Below are positions 14,969-29,533 of a DNA stretch of 64,000 nt, in pieces. The notes under the pieces were generated by a model. It had not been told where the DNA came from. It ran no database searches and saw nothing but the letters and a program-made list of their open reading frames with translations. Source of the DNA: Piromyces finnis finn (taxonomy: Eukaryota > Fungi > Neocallimastigomycota). Location: positions 687,209-751,208 of the forward strand of contig MCFH01000024.1 in the NCBI GenBank assembly GCA_002104945.1, written 5' to 3'. Every line of letters starts with the position of its first letter. Position 1 is the stretch's first letter. Both the position numbers and the translations under genes were made by a program.

Positions 14969-16085
14969 TTAAGTATTTGTTACTGGCATTGATTTAATTT
15001 TCTGTTCTAATATTTCATTTTTTCTTTTATATTCTTCTATTTCTTGTAAAACTTTTTGTTGATATTTTCTTATTTGTTGAAGCTCCATTTTTTCTCTATC
15101 TTCAGCTTTTATAATAAAAGGATAAATTTAAAAAAAAAAAAAAAAAAAAAAAGATAAATTAAAAAATTTATTTTCATTATTATCATAATTTTGAATCAGT
15201 AAATGTTGTAATATATAAATCTATATTGAAACTTACTATAATTATTTATCAAATATTCTGGTTTATTATCTGATATGTTGGATGGGGTTGTTAAAAATTT
15301 ATGCATTGATTGAACAGGTTCATGAAAAACCTATTTAACAATTTTTTGTTAGAATTTATTAATTTATTTAATATATTGATTTTAAATGATTATTTAAGAT
15401 AATCAATTTACTACTAGCATAATAATAAAATTACTTTTTTATTTTAAAAATTTTCACACATACCAATTCATCATAATGATCTGAAAGTACTGGCTTTTTT
15501 CCTTGAAGATTGGTATCATCCTTTGGATAGAGTTGAAGTTGATGGAAAAAAGATATGTGTTTTTCAGACGGATCTTGAAAATAAAGTTTAATTAAAATTT
15601 CAAATTCACCCCAACCTGTTTCTGAAACCTCATATGGAAAAGAATCCACCACTTTTAATTTTTAAAAATTTAAATATTTAAAATTAATTTATATATAAAA
15701 ATATATATAAATTGAAAAAGTAAATAAATAAAATATTAGTTTTGCTATATGTCTTTTTTACACTACCTCGATTTGGATTCTCAAAACTCTCATGTAGACG
15801 AAAAACAACTTTTTTTATATACGTAGAAATATCTTCACCATTTACACCACGAACAAATACCGTCCAACGATGAGTATGTCCATTTTCAAGTTTTTTTTGT
15901 AGTGGTACAGCATATGAACCATAAATAATTGGTTTAACAATGGTTACATTCTATTTTTACATGTTTTAAAATATTATTAATGAATATTCTCTTTTTTAAT
16001 AATAAATTATTAATTATTATTATTTTGATATATTATCAACCCTTAATCTTTTATTTGAATTTCCTTGAATTTTACTTGTTGACAT
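14969..16085 (-). CDS. YAF9: YEATS-domain protein Yaf9/GAS41 (NuA4/SWR1 subunit), multi-exon
   Basis: 'KPIIYGSYA...HTHRWTVFVRGVNGEDISTYIKKVVFRLHESFENPNR|VVDSFPYEVSETGWGEFEILIKLYF' followed by a C-terminal coiled coil. Confidence 0.93.
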
Positions 16086-16492
16086 AATAAATAATATAGT
16101 ATAATTAATTATTCATTATAAATTAAATAAAATGGTATAATAGCAAAATATAGAGTGATTAATAAATCAACATATTAATGTATTATCAAAAAAAGAAAAA
16201 GAAATTGAAATAGAAAATTATTATTTGAAATATCAAATTTCAAATATCTGAAAATTTTTTAGAATAATCTTATATTTTTTTCTATTTTATTTTTTAATAT
16301 ACTATAATATTTATTTTTTTATTTAATTAAATTTTTTTTTTTTTTTTTATTTTGAAGATTTAAAATTATTGAATTTATATAATTATTTTATTATATTTGC
16401 TGCTATTAAAAAAGCTCTTAGTTTGTTTTATCCTTCTTTTATATTTTTATTAAATAAACTAAATTACATTAAAATAATGAAAAAAAGAAAAA

Positions 16493-19400
16493 CTAAACTA
16501 ATTTATCTTTTGGTGTACTATTAAAGAAATTGTAGATAAGTCTAGCGCTCTCTATACCAACTAGTGGATTTAATTGATCAACAGTCATTTGACTTAATTC
16601 ATAGATATTTTCTACATTGTTCATAATAATTCTATAATTTTTATAGTTTACACCTGGTATCGATAGTAGCATTTCTTGAGGTGTAACATTATATTGCGTA
16701 TAAGGATTATAGGATTTTTCTTGATTATTTTTTTCCAATAATTCTGTTCCTTTTGATAATGCTTCTTGTTCATCTGGTTCCTTCTGACTTTTCTTTTTTT
16801 TTTTTATTAAATAATGTTATTTCAAAAATAGGAATAATAAAAAATATAAAATTGTAAAATTAATTTAAAAAATAAAAAATATTAATATAATATTTTCTTA
16901 TTTTCGATGATTAAGTATATGTTTTACTTTAATATCGTCAAACATTTCTGATGATGCATATGGACTAGAAGCCCATAAAATTTTTAGATTAGGAAAAGCA
17001 AGTAAGAGAAGGACGATTTTTGATTGAATATCTTCATTGGATATTTCAGATTTATTTACCGACTTATATTTTTATTTATGTTTTTGAATATTTTTAAAAT
17101 TAATGTTAATGGATTTTTTTTATTAAAGATACATTTGAAAATATATATTAAAATATGCAAAATTACCTGTAGTAAAAATGATTTATCTTGATTAAATTCT
17201 ATTAATAAAATAGGCTGTTTATAATAGGTAGACATAGACTCGACTTGGTTATATCTAATATTTCAAATGATTGAAATGTATATTGTTAAATATATAAAAT
17301 CAACTAGTTATAATAAAATAGATATATGTTTTCTTATGAAAATTTTTTATTTAATATTAATATTTACAATCTACCACTTTTAAAGGATTGAATTAAATCA
17401 TTAACACTTTTTCGTTCAACACAATGAGTTGGTGTTAAGATATAATCACCAACAATCAAAGTGCAAGGTTTAACATTTATTTCCTTTGTATGAATTAATA
17501 AGGGAAGAGAGCATCTAAACTCTCTTACATCAACAATAATCTTTTTATGTTTCATTATTAAAATTAAAATTCATGATATAATAATGTAATAATAATAAAT
17601 GAATATAATTTCTCCTTTTTCTACTTACTTGTTTTTTATATCCCTTTTCCAATTGACCACCTGCTATCCTTGTATTTATTTCTTTCCAGAAGTCATCTTC
17701 TGGTTGCAATTTAATTCTACCATCTTGATCAATAGGAATTGACATAATCTATTCATTTATATATATTATTTAAAAATTATTTAAATGATGATTTTTAAAT
17801 TTATTTACTATAAAATAAGATTATTTAAATATAGTTTAATAAAAATAATCCTTTTTTACACTTTTTTCTTTAATTAAACGTTCAAATGCATATTTTTCTC
17901 TTCTAATTTGACTAAGGTATCTTTGTTCCTCAATGGAATTATCATAAATTAACATATATACCTTTGGTATTTTTTTCTTTTTTAATGATGCACAATATAT
18001 CTGTTAAATGAATAAAAAATATAAAATTATATTTTGAATATTCGATATTATTATAATTTTTTGCAATTTACAAAAAAAAAAAAAAAAAAAAAAAAAGAAT
18101 AAAATAAGATAATATATATTATATATATTATATTTAATTTAATATAAGAAAAGAAATAAAAATTATTTTAATCTTACTTCTAAATTTCTAATAAAATTTA
18201 GATTTGGATCATAAATAATAACATAATCGGGACTAATATCCTCCAACATTTTATAATCATCTTCCATATCAGATTGTCTTAAAAATCGAGTATTTGAATA
18301 TTCTCGTATAATAATATTTTCATCATCATTTTCCATCTCTTCATCAATTTGAATATCAAACGGTAAATATTCACCAAATTCTTGTTCTTCATCTTCATTT
18401 CTAAACAATTATATATATGTGTATGTATATGATATTAACATATAAATTTATATATATTGTATTACTTTTTTTAAAAACATTAACTATTCATATTCACCTT
18501 TTTTTTGTTTCATCGTTATCATTTTTATCATTTTCATCATTCTTTACTTCTAATTTTATTTTTTCTTCGTCATTAATACTATTAGAAATATGAGTCTGAA
18601 TAAAGTTGATATTGGAAGAAGATTTTCCTCTACGTATTCTTCTTCTACTACCACCTACATTACCTGAATTATTTAAAGAGGCATAACGACCACCAGGTTT
18701 TGAAGTATCTTCTTTAAAATAATATTAAGAAAATTTATTTAAATTTATTATTCATATTTTATTAACTTATTTTACATCTTAACGTATTTACTTGTATTCT
18801 TTTGAAAATTACTGGTTTTTCTATCATTATTAACTGGTCCGTTAGGATTTTTATTAACATAAGCTAACTTTTTTTTCCATAAAAAGTAATTTTCTAATAA
18901 TTTATTCATTAAATAATAACTACCATTCAACTCATTTTTTTTAAATAAAGAAAGAATCATTTTTAATTGTAATGATGTTCTTCTACTATTTACCATAATT
19001 AATATTTTTTTATTTTCATCTTTATAGAAAACACGTATTTATAAGATAATAAAATAACATGTATATATTATAAAAAATTAATAAATTTTCATTAATACTT
19101 TTTATCATTCTATGAAATCTTATAATAATATTTTTGCTACTAACTTGCATCCTTAAATTCTTTATATCTTTCTCTAATGGAACGCAATTTTAATTCTTCA
19201 TCACCCTCTTCTTCTTCATTTTCTTTCTTGATTTCTATTTTAATCTTTTGTTGAGATGGATCAAGTTCTTCTTTGATTTTTCGTTTAATAGGGTCTATTT
19301 CTTCAAAAATTTCATATATAATACTTTTTAATACTTTCCATTTTGGTAGTTCTTCTAATATTGGAAGGGTATTTTTTGATAATAAGCGTTTTAATTCTGG

Positions 19401-21442
19401 AGTAACTTTACATTTTTCTAAATCTCTTGGATTTGTTGTGTTAATATAGACTCTATTCTTAGATAACTATATTACAGTAATATATATTAAGAAATAAATA
19501 TATGTATTGTAATACAGATATATATATACCATAACTTTCTTTTAATTTTTTATACATTTAATCATTTTATATTTTCACATACAGAAAAAACAGTATTAGC
19601 GGCATCTAATAAGAGCCAAGGTGAATTTTCTTGTTGAAAAATTGAAGTTGGTGCATTTTCAGCCAATATTGTTTCCAATAAAGAATAAAATGCTACACAA
19701 TCATATGATAAAAGATAACTAAGAATATTAAATGAAAATAAAAAAGAAGTAAATAACTATACAGAACATTCATACAATATATTTTGTTCTTTATTAAAAT
19801 TTAAATATTAATATATTTTACTCAATTAATGAACGGATAGTTTTTAAATCGCCAACAATTTTTTTTGCTCGATTGCTAATGCTATACCAGATAGGATTTA
19901 ACTGATTACGAACAATTTTATCAAAAGATCTAAATAAAGCATTTTCAATATTAAAATCAACATCTATCTATATAAACAAGAAAATACAAAAATATATATA
20001 TTTAGTGTATTTAGTTATATAAATAAGTGAGAAGCTATATTAACGATTTCCAAAATTTCATCTATAAATAATAATTATAGATAATAAATATATTTTACAT
20101 AATTAGTTATTTTTTTAATATCCAATAATGTTGCTTCTAAACATTCAATCAATGATGTTTGTATATTTTTCATGTTTGGTGATAATGGCACACGAATTTC
20201 AATTACTCTAATACTATTCTTTTCAAGTTCCTTTGATACAGCTAAATGAAATCTTATTCATATTTATTTAAAATAGATTTTAAAAAACATATATTCATTT
20301 AGTATTAATAATTAAAAAAATTAATATTATTAATTATTATTAAATTATCATTGATACCATAAAATTACCTTGGCCAAAAATATACATTTCTTAAAAATAA
20401 AGTCCTCATTGTTTTTTCTAATTTCCAAATACCATAAATAAAAGATTCAGGTGAATCTGAAAATGCTTTAATAAAACCAACCTTTTGTTATTGAAAATAA
20501 ATAAAAGTTACTTTAATAAGTTTTTTTTTTTAATGATTTAATAATAGAAAAAAAAAATTAAAACTATCATTTTAAAAAGTTTCTATAATGCTTTATATAT
20601 ATTACTTTATTTTCTTGACGAAATAGTCTTAAAATAAAAGCTTCCATTGACGTTTCAGTGATACTAACATTTTTTTAAAAAAAGGGAGAATAAGAAATTT
20701 GATAAATATTATAATTAAAATATCATATATATACATATAGTTTATTTCATTCTTTTTAAATTTACATATATATACATAGGGAATTGGAATTTTAAAAATA
20801 TTTACTTGTGAGCATGATTAATTAAAAATCCAGTAATTAAATGAGTAGGTATAGTCCTATTTAACATATCTACAACTAAAATTCTAGAAGTAATTGCTAA
20901 CATTCCTCCTTTAATATATATTGCATGTCTATTTATTCACAAAAATAAAGTATATAATTTAATATATAATTATAATAATATAATATTCTTTAATAAAGTT
21001 TAAAATTTAATTTAATATTTAAAATCTTATAAAAAAAAATGTTGATTTCTCTTGAAATTTTAATTTTCAAAAATGACAATAATTATGATGGCATAAAATA
21101 GTACCTTTCTGAAGAAGGTGTTTCATTATTAATAACTTTTAAAAAGGACTGTCCATTTTTGGTTTTTTGTATTTTTGCCAATTCTTGTTTTAAGGATTCA
21201 ATTTCTTGTTGAGAGGTATTTAATAATATTACTAAATTTTTATTATGGGAATAAATATTTAAAAAAGCCAATAATATTTTTCTAATACCAAGACCTCTTG
21301 ACATGATAACAAGTCCATCACCATCTACCTGCTTCTTTTTATTACTTAAATTTATTTTATTTTCAGAAGGCAGTTTTGCGACATTTTCTGGATTTGTCAT
21401 TAAAGTTGAAATGACTTCTTTATGAAATTTTAACAAATTCAT
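16493..21442 (-). CDS. RAD1: DNA repair endonuclease XPF/ERCC4 (Rad1/Rad16), multi-exon
   Basis: N-terminal '[12 protein letters not shown]' and helicase-like region, '[20 protein letters not shown]', nuclease domain '[13 protein letters not shown]...[28 protein letters not shown]', and C-terminal HhH2 '[13 protein letters not shown]'. Confidence 0.95.
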
Positions 21443-22710
21443 TTTCTTTTCCTTTTTAAAGTTTAATGGGAATTACATATATTTAGTATATAACTATATT
21501 ATATGTGTATTTTTTTTTAAATAATAATAATGTTTTATTTTAAAATTTCTATTCTAATAATTAAATTAACGATAATTTATGTATAAAAATTAATTGTTTC
21601 AAATTATAAAATATTCGAGAATAAAATAAAATAAAAAAATAATAATAGTAAATAGATAAATGAAATATATAAATTCTTTTTTTTTTAAAAAAAAAAAAAA
21701 AAAAAAAAACAGACTATTCCACTTTAGTAAACAATATAATATATATAATTTCAAAATTATTTATTTATAAATGCTTTTTTTTTTTTCTTAAATAAAAACT
21801 TTTTTTTATGGTTTAAATCATCTTTCATATATACTTTATAAAAAAAATTAATCCAAATTTTTAATTAATTATAGTGTATTAATTTGAAATTTTTAATAAA
21901 AACTCCTAAAACAAAGATGTGTTTATATATCTCAAAATTACAACAATTAAAAATACAAAAAACAGTCATAATAATAATAATAATAATAATAATAATATTT
22001 ACTATTTACTAAAGAAAATGGTATGGTACTCAAGTAATGTATACTATGTATACTTTTTATACTTTTTTTTTCTATGTTTCTATTAAATATAAGATAAATT
22101 TTATTAATGAAGTATTAATAATATTAAAAATTCAAAAAATGTATCACAAAAAGAAAATATAAAAAAAATTAAAAATTTTTAATATTTAAAATTATCCATT
22201 TATTCCTTATTTTCTAAAACATTAACAAATCAAAATTTAAAAAATAATAATAATAAAAGAACAATCTTATTTATTTATTATATTTACTAATAAAATACTA
22301 TTAAGATATAAAAAATCAACAAAGTTAAAATTTTCATAAAAAAAATATATATATATATATATAAAGTTTGGATTATAATTATAAAATCCAAGAGTTTTAT
22401 TGACTTTCATCCATAATCATATATAAACATAATTAATTAAATTATCCACAAGAGAATTTAATTAATAATAATTTAATTATCAATACAAAGTTTTAATTAC
22501 CATATAATTTTTCTTTGAAGAAAAAGGAGCAAGAAAAAATTTCATACTTTTTTATTTCTGTCAACTTTTAATCTCTTGCCATTTAAATTTATAAAGAATG
22601 TTTTAAATTATATATAAAAAAATAATTAATACTATTGAAAATAGGTGAAAAAATAATAATAAAGGGTATATTTTGCATTTTAAATATAATAAGGTTTTAT
22701 CCTCAGGAAA

Positions 22711-23273
22711 ATGGGAAGAACTAGAAAAAATACAAAAAATAATTTAAAAAAAAAACAATCAGAAGAAAAAGAAAAGGAAGCTATATTCGATAGTAAACTA
22801 CTTACTAAAAAAGAAAAAAAATGGTTAAAAAATGATAATACTACACTAAAATGTAAACTTATAAGACAATATATAACTGAAGAGAATATTTTGAAATGGA
22901 AACCAATACCAAAAGCTTCAAAAAAAACGTTAAAAAAATTAATTAGTAAAACTTTAATAGAGTAAGAGAGATTAAAAAAAAATAACTTTTTTTTTTATTA
23001 GTAAATATATTATTAATAATGAATAGATATTAATATAATATAATTGATTTTAAATTTTAATTATATAGTTCAATGCCAGATGATAATGAAATTTTGAAAA
23101 AATTCTTAGTATTAGAAAATAGTATTTATGAAGAAATTGATAATTTATATGTTCCAAAAGAAGAAATATTATTAGAACATTTAAAGGAATCTAATGATAA
23201 CCTTGAAAAACAAATAAAACAAAATTTAATAGAGATTCAAAAATTAGAAGAAAAATCAATGATTCAGAAATAA
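22711..23273 (+). CDS. Small two-exon coiled-coil protein, putative CENP-Q/Okp1-like inner kinetochore subunit
   Basis: Two ORFs join via an intron (ga|gtaag...tatag|t) into '...RQYITEENILKWKPIPKASKKTLKKLI...D/SMPDD...IDNLYVPKEE...LEKQIKQNLIEIQKLEE'. A basic N-terminus, W-x-P motif, L-x-V-P motif and coiled coil resemble CENP-Q as I recall it; not searched. Confidence 0.45.
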
Positions 23274-23582
23274 TTTTATTACAATAATAATAATAATTGT
23301 TATTTATAAAGAACTAAAGAGGGAAATAGAGAAAATAATTAATTAATTTTAAAAGTTTTTTTTTCTCTGATTTATGAATTGAGAAAAAAATATATCCATA
23401 TTGTAAAATTAATAGATTCTTTTAATAATACATATTACTACAAATTTTTGATTTTTGTATATATGAGCAAATTATTAATATTATTAATAATCAGTTTTTA
23501 TTTAAGTAAAACAAAAATTTTGTTTTAATACATAATTTTAATAATTTAGAAAATATAAAAACTTTTCCTATCAATTTATTTA

Positions 23583-23584
23583 AT

Positions 23585-23619
<35 letters not shown>

Positions 23620-23622
23620 TTT
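23583..23622. repeat. (ATTT)10 microsatellite between the convergent CENP-Q-like and RasGEF genes
   Basis: Direct reading of the sequence. Confidence 0.95.
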
Positions 23623-23764
23623 TGTATTCCTAAATAAAACAAATAAAATTAAAAATTAACAAAGTTATAAAAGATAAAATAATAGTAATAATACATATAT
23701 TTTTTATTTATTTATTTATTAAAATAATAATATTGCATTAAAACTTTTTTTTTTCATTAAAAAA

Positions 23765-23836
23765 TTACTTTTGAACTCTTGGTTCAAGTTTCAATGATTT
23801 TACATAGGCATCCTTTAATAGAATAGTAAAATGGAA

Positions 23837-23867
<31 letters not shown>

Positions 23868-23996
23868 TAAAATATTTTTATTATAAACTTATATATATTA
23901 TTTACCTCATCATTTAAAATTGGAGTATAATTAATAGCATTAATAACATTTATATTTATTTGGAATGGATAAGGTCTGTTTATCATATATTAGAGA

Positions 23997-24037
<41 letters not shown>

Positions 24038-27000
24038 GAACTGTTTTTAAATTGTTTATATTTGTTATTATTTTTTTTTTTACCTTAATTGGAAGTTTTT
24101 AATCATCATAATGATATCACCCATTAACAAATATTTATTCATATTAATAACTTCATTTCCATTTTCATCCATTTTTACACTTTTATTTGCTTCATCAATA
24201 TATAGTAAGTCTCTTAAAAACACACCTCTATAAAATTTTAATAACATTAATAAAAAATTTTATTATTAATAAAATAAATTTTCTTTTTTGTTAATAGAAA
24301 CTTACAAATATGGTACACAAGGCAATTCACTTTGTCTTAAAGCTACTCGGTATGCAGCAAATGATTTTTCCGAATTCATAAGCGTTTCCAATTCCTTGTA
24401 TTGGCGAGCACATGTTCTATTCTCAAGTATTTGTCTGGTTTGTTTCAATCTTTGAATTGAAACGCAATTTATACCAGCAATTATTGCCATTAATGTATTG
24501 TAGTTGTTATAGTTTCTAAGATGCTTTTGATAAAAATTAAATTTTAAAAATTTTTATTATTAGTTTTATTATACATCACTATTAATTTATTCATAACTTT
24601 TTAATTTAAAATGATTATTTCATATATATAATATATAAATATATATACCTGTGCAATTTTCATAAATTTTCCTAATACCTTGGCTCTATGTTTTGCTTTC
24701 TTATGTTCAAGAATTTGAGTAGTAACCCTAAAGTAATATATAATTTCAATTTAAAAATTATATAATTATTATTATTATTATATTTATTTATTTATTTATT
24801 TGTTTAAAAATACATAATGAGATAAACATTACCATGATGAAATAAAGTTGAAATGTTCAATACTTGCAGCAACAAAAGAAGATTCCATTGAATTTTTATC
24901 TCTTTTACCCCAAATATGCTGTAACAAATCACGAGGTCTTATTCTTTTAAATATTTCATATTCAATAAGACAAAGTTGTTGAGCAATTATTGTATTGTCT
25001 TGATTTAATATAAATTCAGAAGGATCAGCCATGGACATCACTGATGGATCTGAACTAAATAAAGATTTCTTGAAATTGATATCATCATTGCTATTAATAC
25101 TGCTATGAGAACTATGATAAGAATGACGACTTTCCTTTCCTTTCACTGATGTATTTTCATTTTGATTAAGAGTATTATTTGATGATATTCTAGATAGAGA
25201 TTTTGTTTCATTCGTATTATTGTTTGTTGTTGAAGATCTTTTACTATTAATATTATGTGATACTTTGTTCATTTTTAAAGCATCATTTATTGATAGAAGC
25301 TCATTCTTTAAGCACAAATAGTTTTGTTTAAAGACAATAAAGAAAATATATAAAAATGAAGTTTTATAAAAAATAAAAATATTTTTTAATACATTAAATA
25401 ATTTTTATATTCATTTATCAAACAAAACTGTATTTTTATTTACATTATTTAACGAGTCAAATGAAGTATTAGAATTCATTTCCTTGGTGGGTTCATCTCC
25501 ATTAATATTAGGTTTCACTGTTCCCGTTGATAATGTTGAATTATTAATATTATTAACTGTAATCGTATTGGAAGAAGTATCTGTTGATGCTAATGGGTCA
25601 ATAGATTTAGGTTCTGACTCATCAATATCTGGAATGCCCCATGTTATTTCATTATCATTAATAATTGCTGGTTGACGGTATATTAAATTTTCTAGTTTAG
25701 AACAAAGTATAGAAAAAGATGGACGACAAGAGCAGACATCTAAAAATACTTGCAAAGTAAACCTCATCTTTGGATTTTGGAAATCTGACCAATATTCTGA
25801 TATCCAATGAATTAATACATTACAAACTCTATTGTTTTATAATAATTAAATTTTTAATGAATAGGTGATTATTTTTTTTATATAATCAATTAATACTATT
25901 ATATTTCATATATTTAACAATTATAATAATCAATTTAGTTTAAGAAAAGTTGATAAAATAAATAAATTACCTAAGTTGTACAGGATGTATAGTTGAACTA
26001 TTTTTATTTTCTGAGCTATCATATTGTTCAAAACGATCCATCAATAAATCTAATAATTCGCTTGGTCTTAAAAACTTTCTATAGAAAATTAGGAAAATTT
26101 TGGTAAATTCAATTTCTATCATAATTTTAGAAATATATTAAATTTTACATTTTTAAAAATAAATATATTAAATATAAATATTATTAATACTTATATATAT
26201 AATAATGTATAACAAAAGAAACATTAATAATAAATAAATAATATATAATTTATTACCTTGTGTTCCTTTAGATGTCATTCTTTCGATTAATTTATTAATA
26301 GAATAATTATTTTCAGTTTGTAATCTAAATATAAAATTAATAATAAAATATTAATAAATCTAATTTAAAAATTGACAATTTATTAATATTTTAATAATTA
26401 CCCAGAATTCTTATAATTTTTAACAATATCACCTTCATGTATTTCATCGTTTCCAAGATCTCTATGGTTAATAAATTCAAGTATAAACGGTCAATATAAA
26501 TATTTATTAATAATCCCATCATATTAAATTAATATTAATAAAATATATATTATATAACTTACAAAATATCAAAACCATGGATATTAGAGCCCTTTGGAAT
26601 TTTCAAAGAACGCATTTTCATATTCATTAAAGTCTTTCTCCTTATATTTTCTTGTTCTTTTGATTCAGATTTATCAGATATATCACGTGGTTTAGTATCT
26701 TGAATATCCTCAACCATTGCTGTTATATAATAGAGTTAATTTAACTACTTCTTCTACCTATTTAAAAATTGTCGATAATATATGTAATTTAATTATTTAA
26801 AAAAAAAACTTACTGTCAATAGTATCACTATCAGTTGATATAGAATTAATAACAGAAGAAGTTGAACTATTATTAGTAGTGGTATATTCAGTTTCACTTT
26901 CATCATCAATAGATAAACGATAGAAATTAGCAATAGGATACATCACAACATCTGAATCATATTGAAGTTTAGTATTTTTATAATTTCCTTCTTTTTTTAA

Positions 27001-27976
27001 TATTTCTAAAGGACTATATATTGGTTGGAAGTTATTTCCTTGTTTTGATTCAATAACAACTTTAAAAAGATATTAATAATATTATTATTATAATTCCTTA
27101 TTAATCCATAATATAGTTTAAATAATTTTATTTTTTATTTACATTCAGTATACCCACCTTTATTCTTTATAAGCATTTCAAGAAAAACTTCAAAAAACAT
27201 TTTTACTTGCTCTTCTATGGCTGCTATGTTAAGTTCAATAAATGGAATATTAAATATTTGTGCAATTTTAACACCAGCTTTACGTTTAATTTCTCTTCTT
27301 TGCTCATTAGTATTAGCTTTACAACCAACCAAAAATGTGGATAATGAATTTTTTGCAAATGCAGCTATTAATATTAATAAAAAATAGTTTATAAATAAAT
27401 AGAATGTTTTTTAAATTTACAAATTTAATATTATATTTTAATATTAATAATAGTAATATTGATAATAACTAACCTAAAGCATCCGTGATACTAGTTAAGG
27501 AAGTTTTGTTTGTTACATCATAGCATATTATAACGCCATTAATAGAATTTGGTAACTGAATATTTATTTATTTTAAATTATAAACTTTTTAACATTTAAT
27601 ACTATTCATTTTATTTACTTAAAAAAAAATAATAATACCTTTGCCCATGTTATTTCCCCATTTTCACACACATTTTCATCTATCTCAATAATATTAATAG
27701 CATACTCGTAGCAATTTTTTAATATATACAATGTAGTACAATTGGTATTATCTAGATATATTTATAATTAGAATTTCAAAATTTTTGTTTTAGTATTAGT
27801 AATTAACCCTTTTATTAAAAAAAAAAAAGGTATCTGCTAAAAGTTAAAGAAATTTATTTATATTTACTCTCTGGAATATCGATTTTTTGGTATATATTTT
27901 TCAAAGTATTTACAACTGTAGTTTTTCCTACACCAGGATTTCCAATTATTACAACATTATATATTTCACTATTCAT
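23765..27976 (-). CDS. RasGEF (REM + CDC25 domains) with an N-terminal Ras-like (pseudo)GTPase domain, multi-exon
   Basis: N-terminal 'YNVVIIGNPGVGKTT', 'NGVIICYDVTNKTS', 'FLVGCKAN'. REM 'INKLIERMT...FTKIFLIFYRKFLRPSELLDLLMDRF...RVCNVLIHWISEYWSDF'. CDC25 'IAQQLCLIEYEIFKRI...FNFISSWV...LRNYNNYNTLMAIIAGI...SIQRLKQT...YRVAL...PCVPYLGVFLRDLLYIDEAN'. Confidence 0.9.
23997..24037. repeat. (ATT)n microsatellite, ~13 units, in a RasGEF intron
   Basis: Direct reading of the sequence. Confidence 0.9.
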
Positions 27977-29484
27977 TATAGCCGTATATTTTATTATTTT
28001 ATTTAATAAAGAAAATTCTAAAACTTTATAGATTTTTTTGTAATATTTTAATAATAGAGTATAACTTCAAAATTTAAAATAGGATATATTATTAAAGTGA
28101 AATAACCATTTTATGTTTATGGTTATTAATATATGGTATAATATTGTGGACTTTTTATTAAGATATATAGAAATAAAAAAATGATTTTTTTGTATTAAAA
28201 TATTGAAATAAAAATTATTTTTATTTTTACTAAGTTATATGTGATATGAATATAACTAAGGATTAAAGTATCGTTTTATAAATTGAATTATGCAACAGAT
28301 AATATATAATTTTAAAATAGGAATAATTTATTTTATTGCTTGCGATTGAATGTCTTTATTGTTTTATTTAATATTTAATTATTGTATATGTAAATTGAAA
28401 AAGTGTTGATTAAAATAAAAATGAATGTAACTTTTGTTTCTTTATTGAATTAATAATTAAAAAAAAATATTCTTTATAACTTAAAATAATTATAACTGAT
28501 GATAATCAAGTATTAATGATAATTCTTCCTATGATATATAAGAAAAAAAAAGTATATATATATATATATAAAGATCGAAATTTACTTTTAAACTTTTTTT
28601 CAATTATCAATTTTTATACACTTTTTCAATATATTATTTATTATATAATATACTATGTATAATATATTAATGTATAATTCGTTGATGGTACAATATTAGA
28701 TTTTGATATAAATGAAATTATATTTTTTTTGTGTAATATAAAAAAAGTTTAATTAATAATATTCTAAATTTTTATCCAAACCAATAAATTAATTATAATA
28801 AAAATAAATATAAATAAAAAATATGTTAAATTGAAAAGAAAAAAATAATATATAAAAATAAAACTTTATTTCCTAATAAACTTTTTACAAAATGAGCATA
28901 CAGTTTAAACAGAAAATTCATACAAAATGATATATTAAATAAATGGTAATAGTTTTGAGTAGAAAATTCATGAAAAATGGCATTGATATACTAAACAAGC
29001 TATAATAGTTTTAAATAGAAAATTTAAAGTATATAATATTTAATAACAACAGTAAGATTCAAAATGTAAATGAATATTAATATCAATATAATAGAATGTA
29101 GAATAATTCTACTGTTTTTCGGTTAATAAAAAGAGAGGGGAAAAAAGAAAGTTATTAATTATGAAAAAGAAAATATATATGTATAAAAAGAAAAGCACAT
29201 TTTATACTTTATTAAAAAACAGTAATATAAAAACATGAAATTCTAACTACAACATCAAAATAAATTATAAAAAAAAAAAAAAACATATTCTTTATTATGA
29301 GCATAAATATAATTTTAGTACATAATATTCTTTATACTATTATTCTCAAGAAAATTAATAATATAAAATAAATGTCATAAGCAGAATAATACATTATACT
29401 ACAAGAATTTGATATAAAGATAAAGACAAAATGAATATAGAAATTTAGTATTCCTTATTAACCGCAAAATCTTTATTTTTACAT

Positions 29485-29485
29485 T

Positions 29486-29532
<47 letters not shown>

Positions 29533-29533
29533 T
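29485..29533. repeat. (TTTA)n microsatellite, ~12 units, intergenic
   Basis: Direct reading of the sequence. Confidence 0.9.

Noticed and set aside
23583-23622. (AUUU)10 downstream of the CENP-Q-like gene as a possible ARE target of the CCCH protein in this window
   Set aside because: The same microsatellite occurs in non-UTR intergenic DNA (29485-29533), and the transcript end is unknown; in ~80% AT DNA this carries little information.
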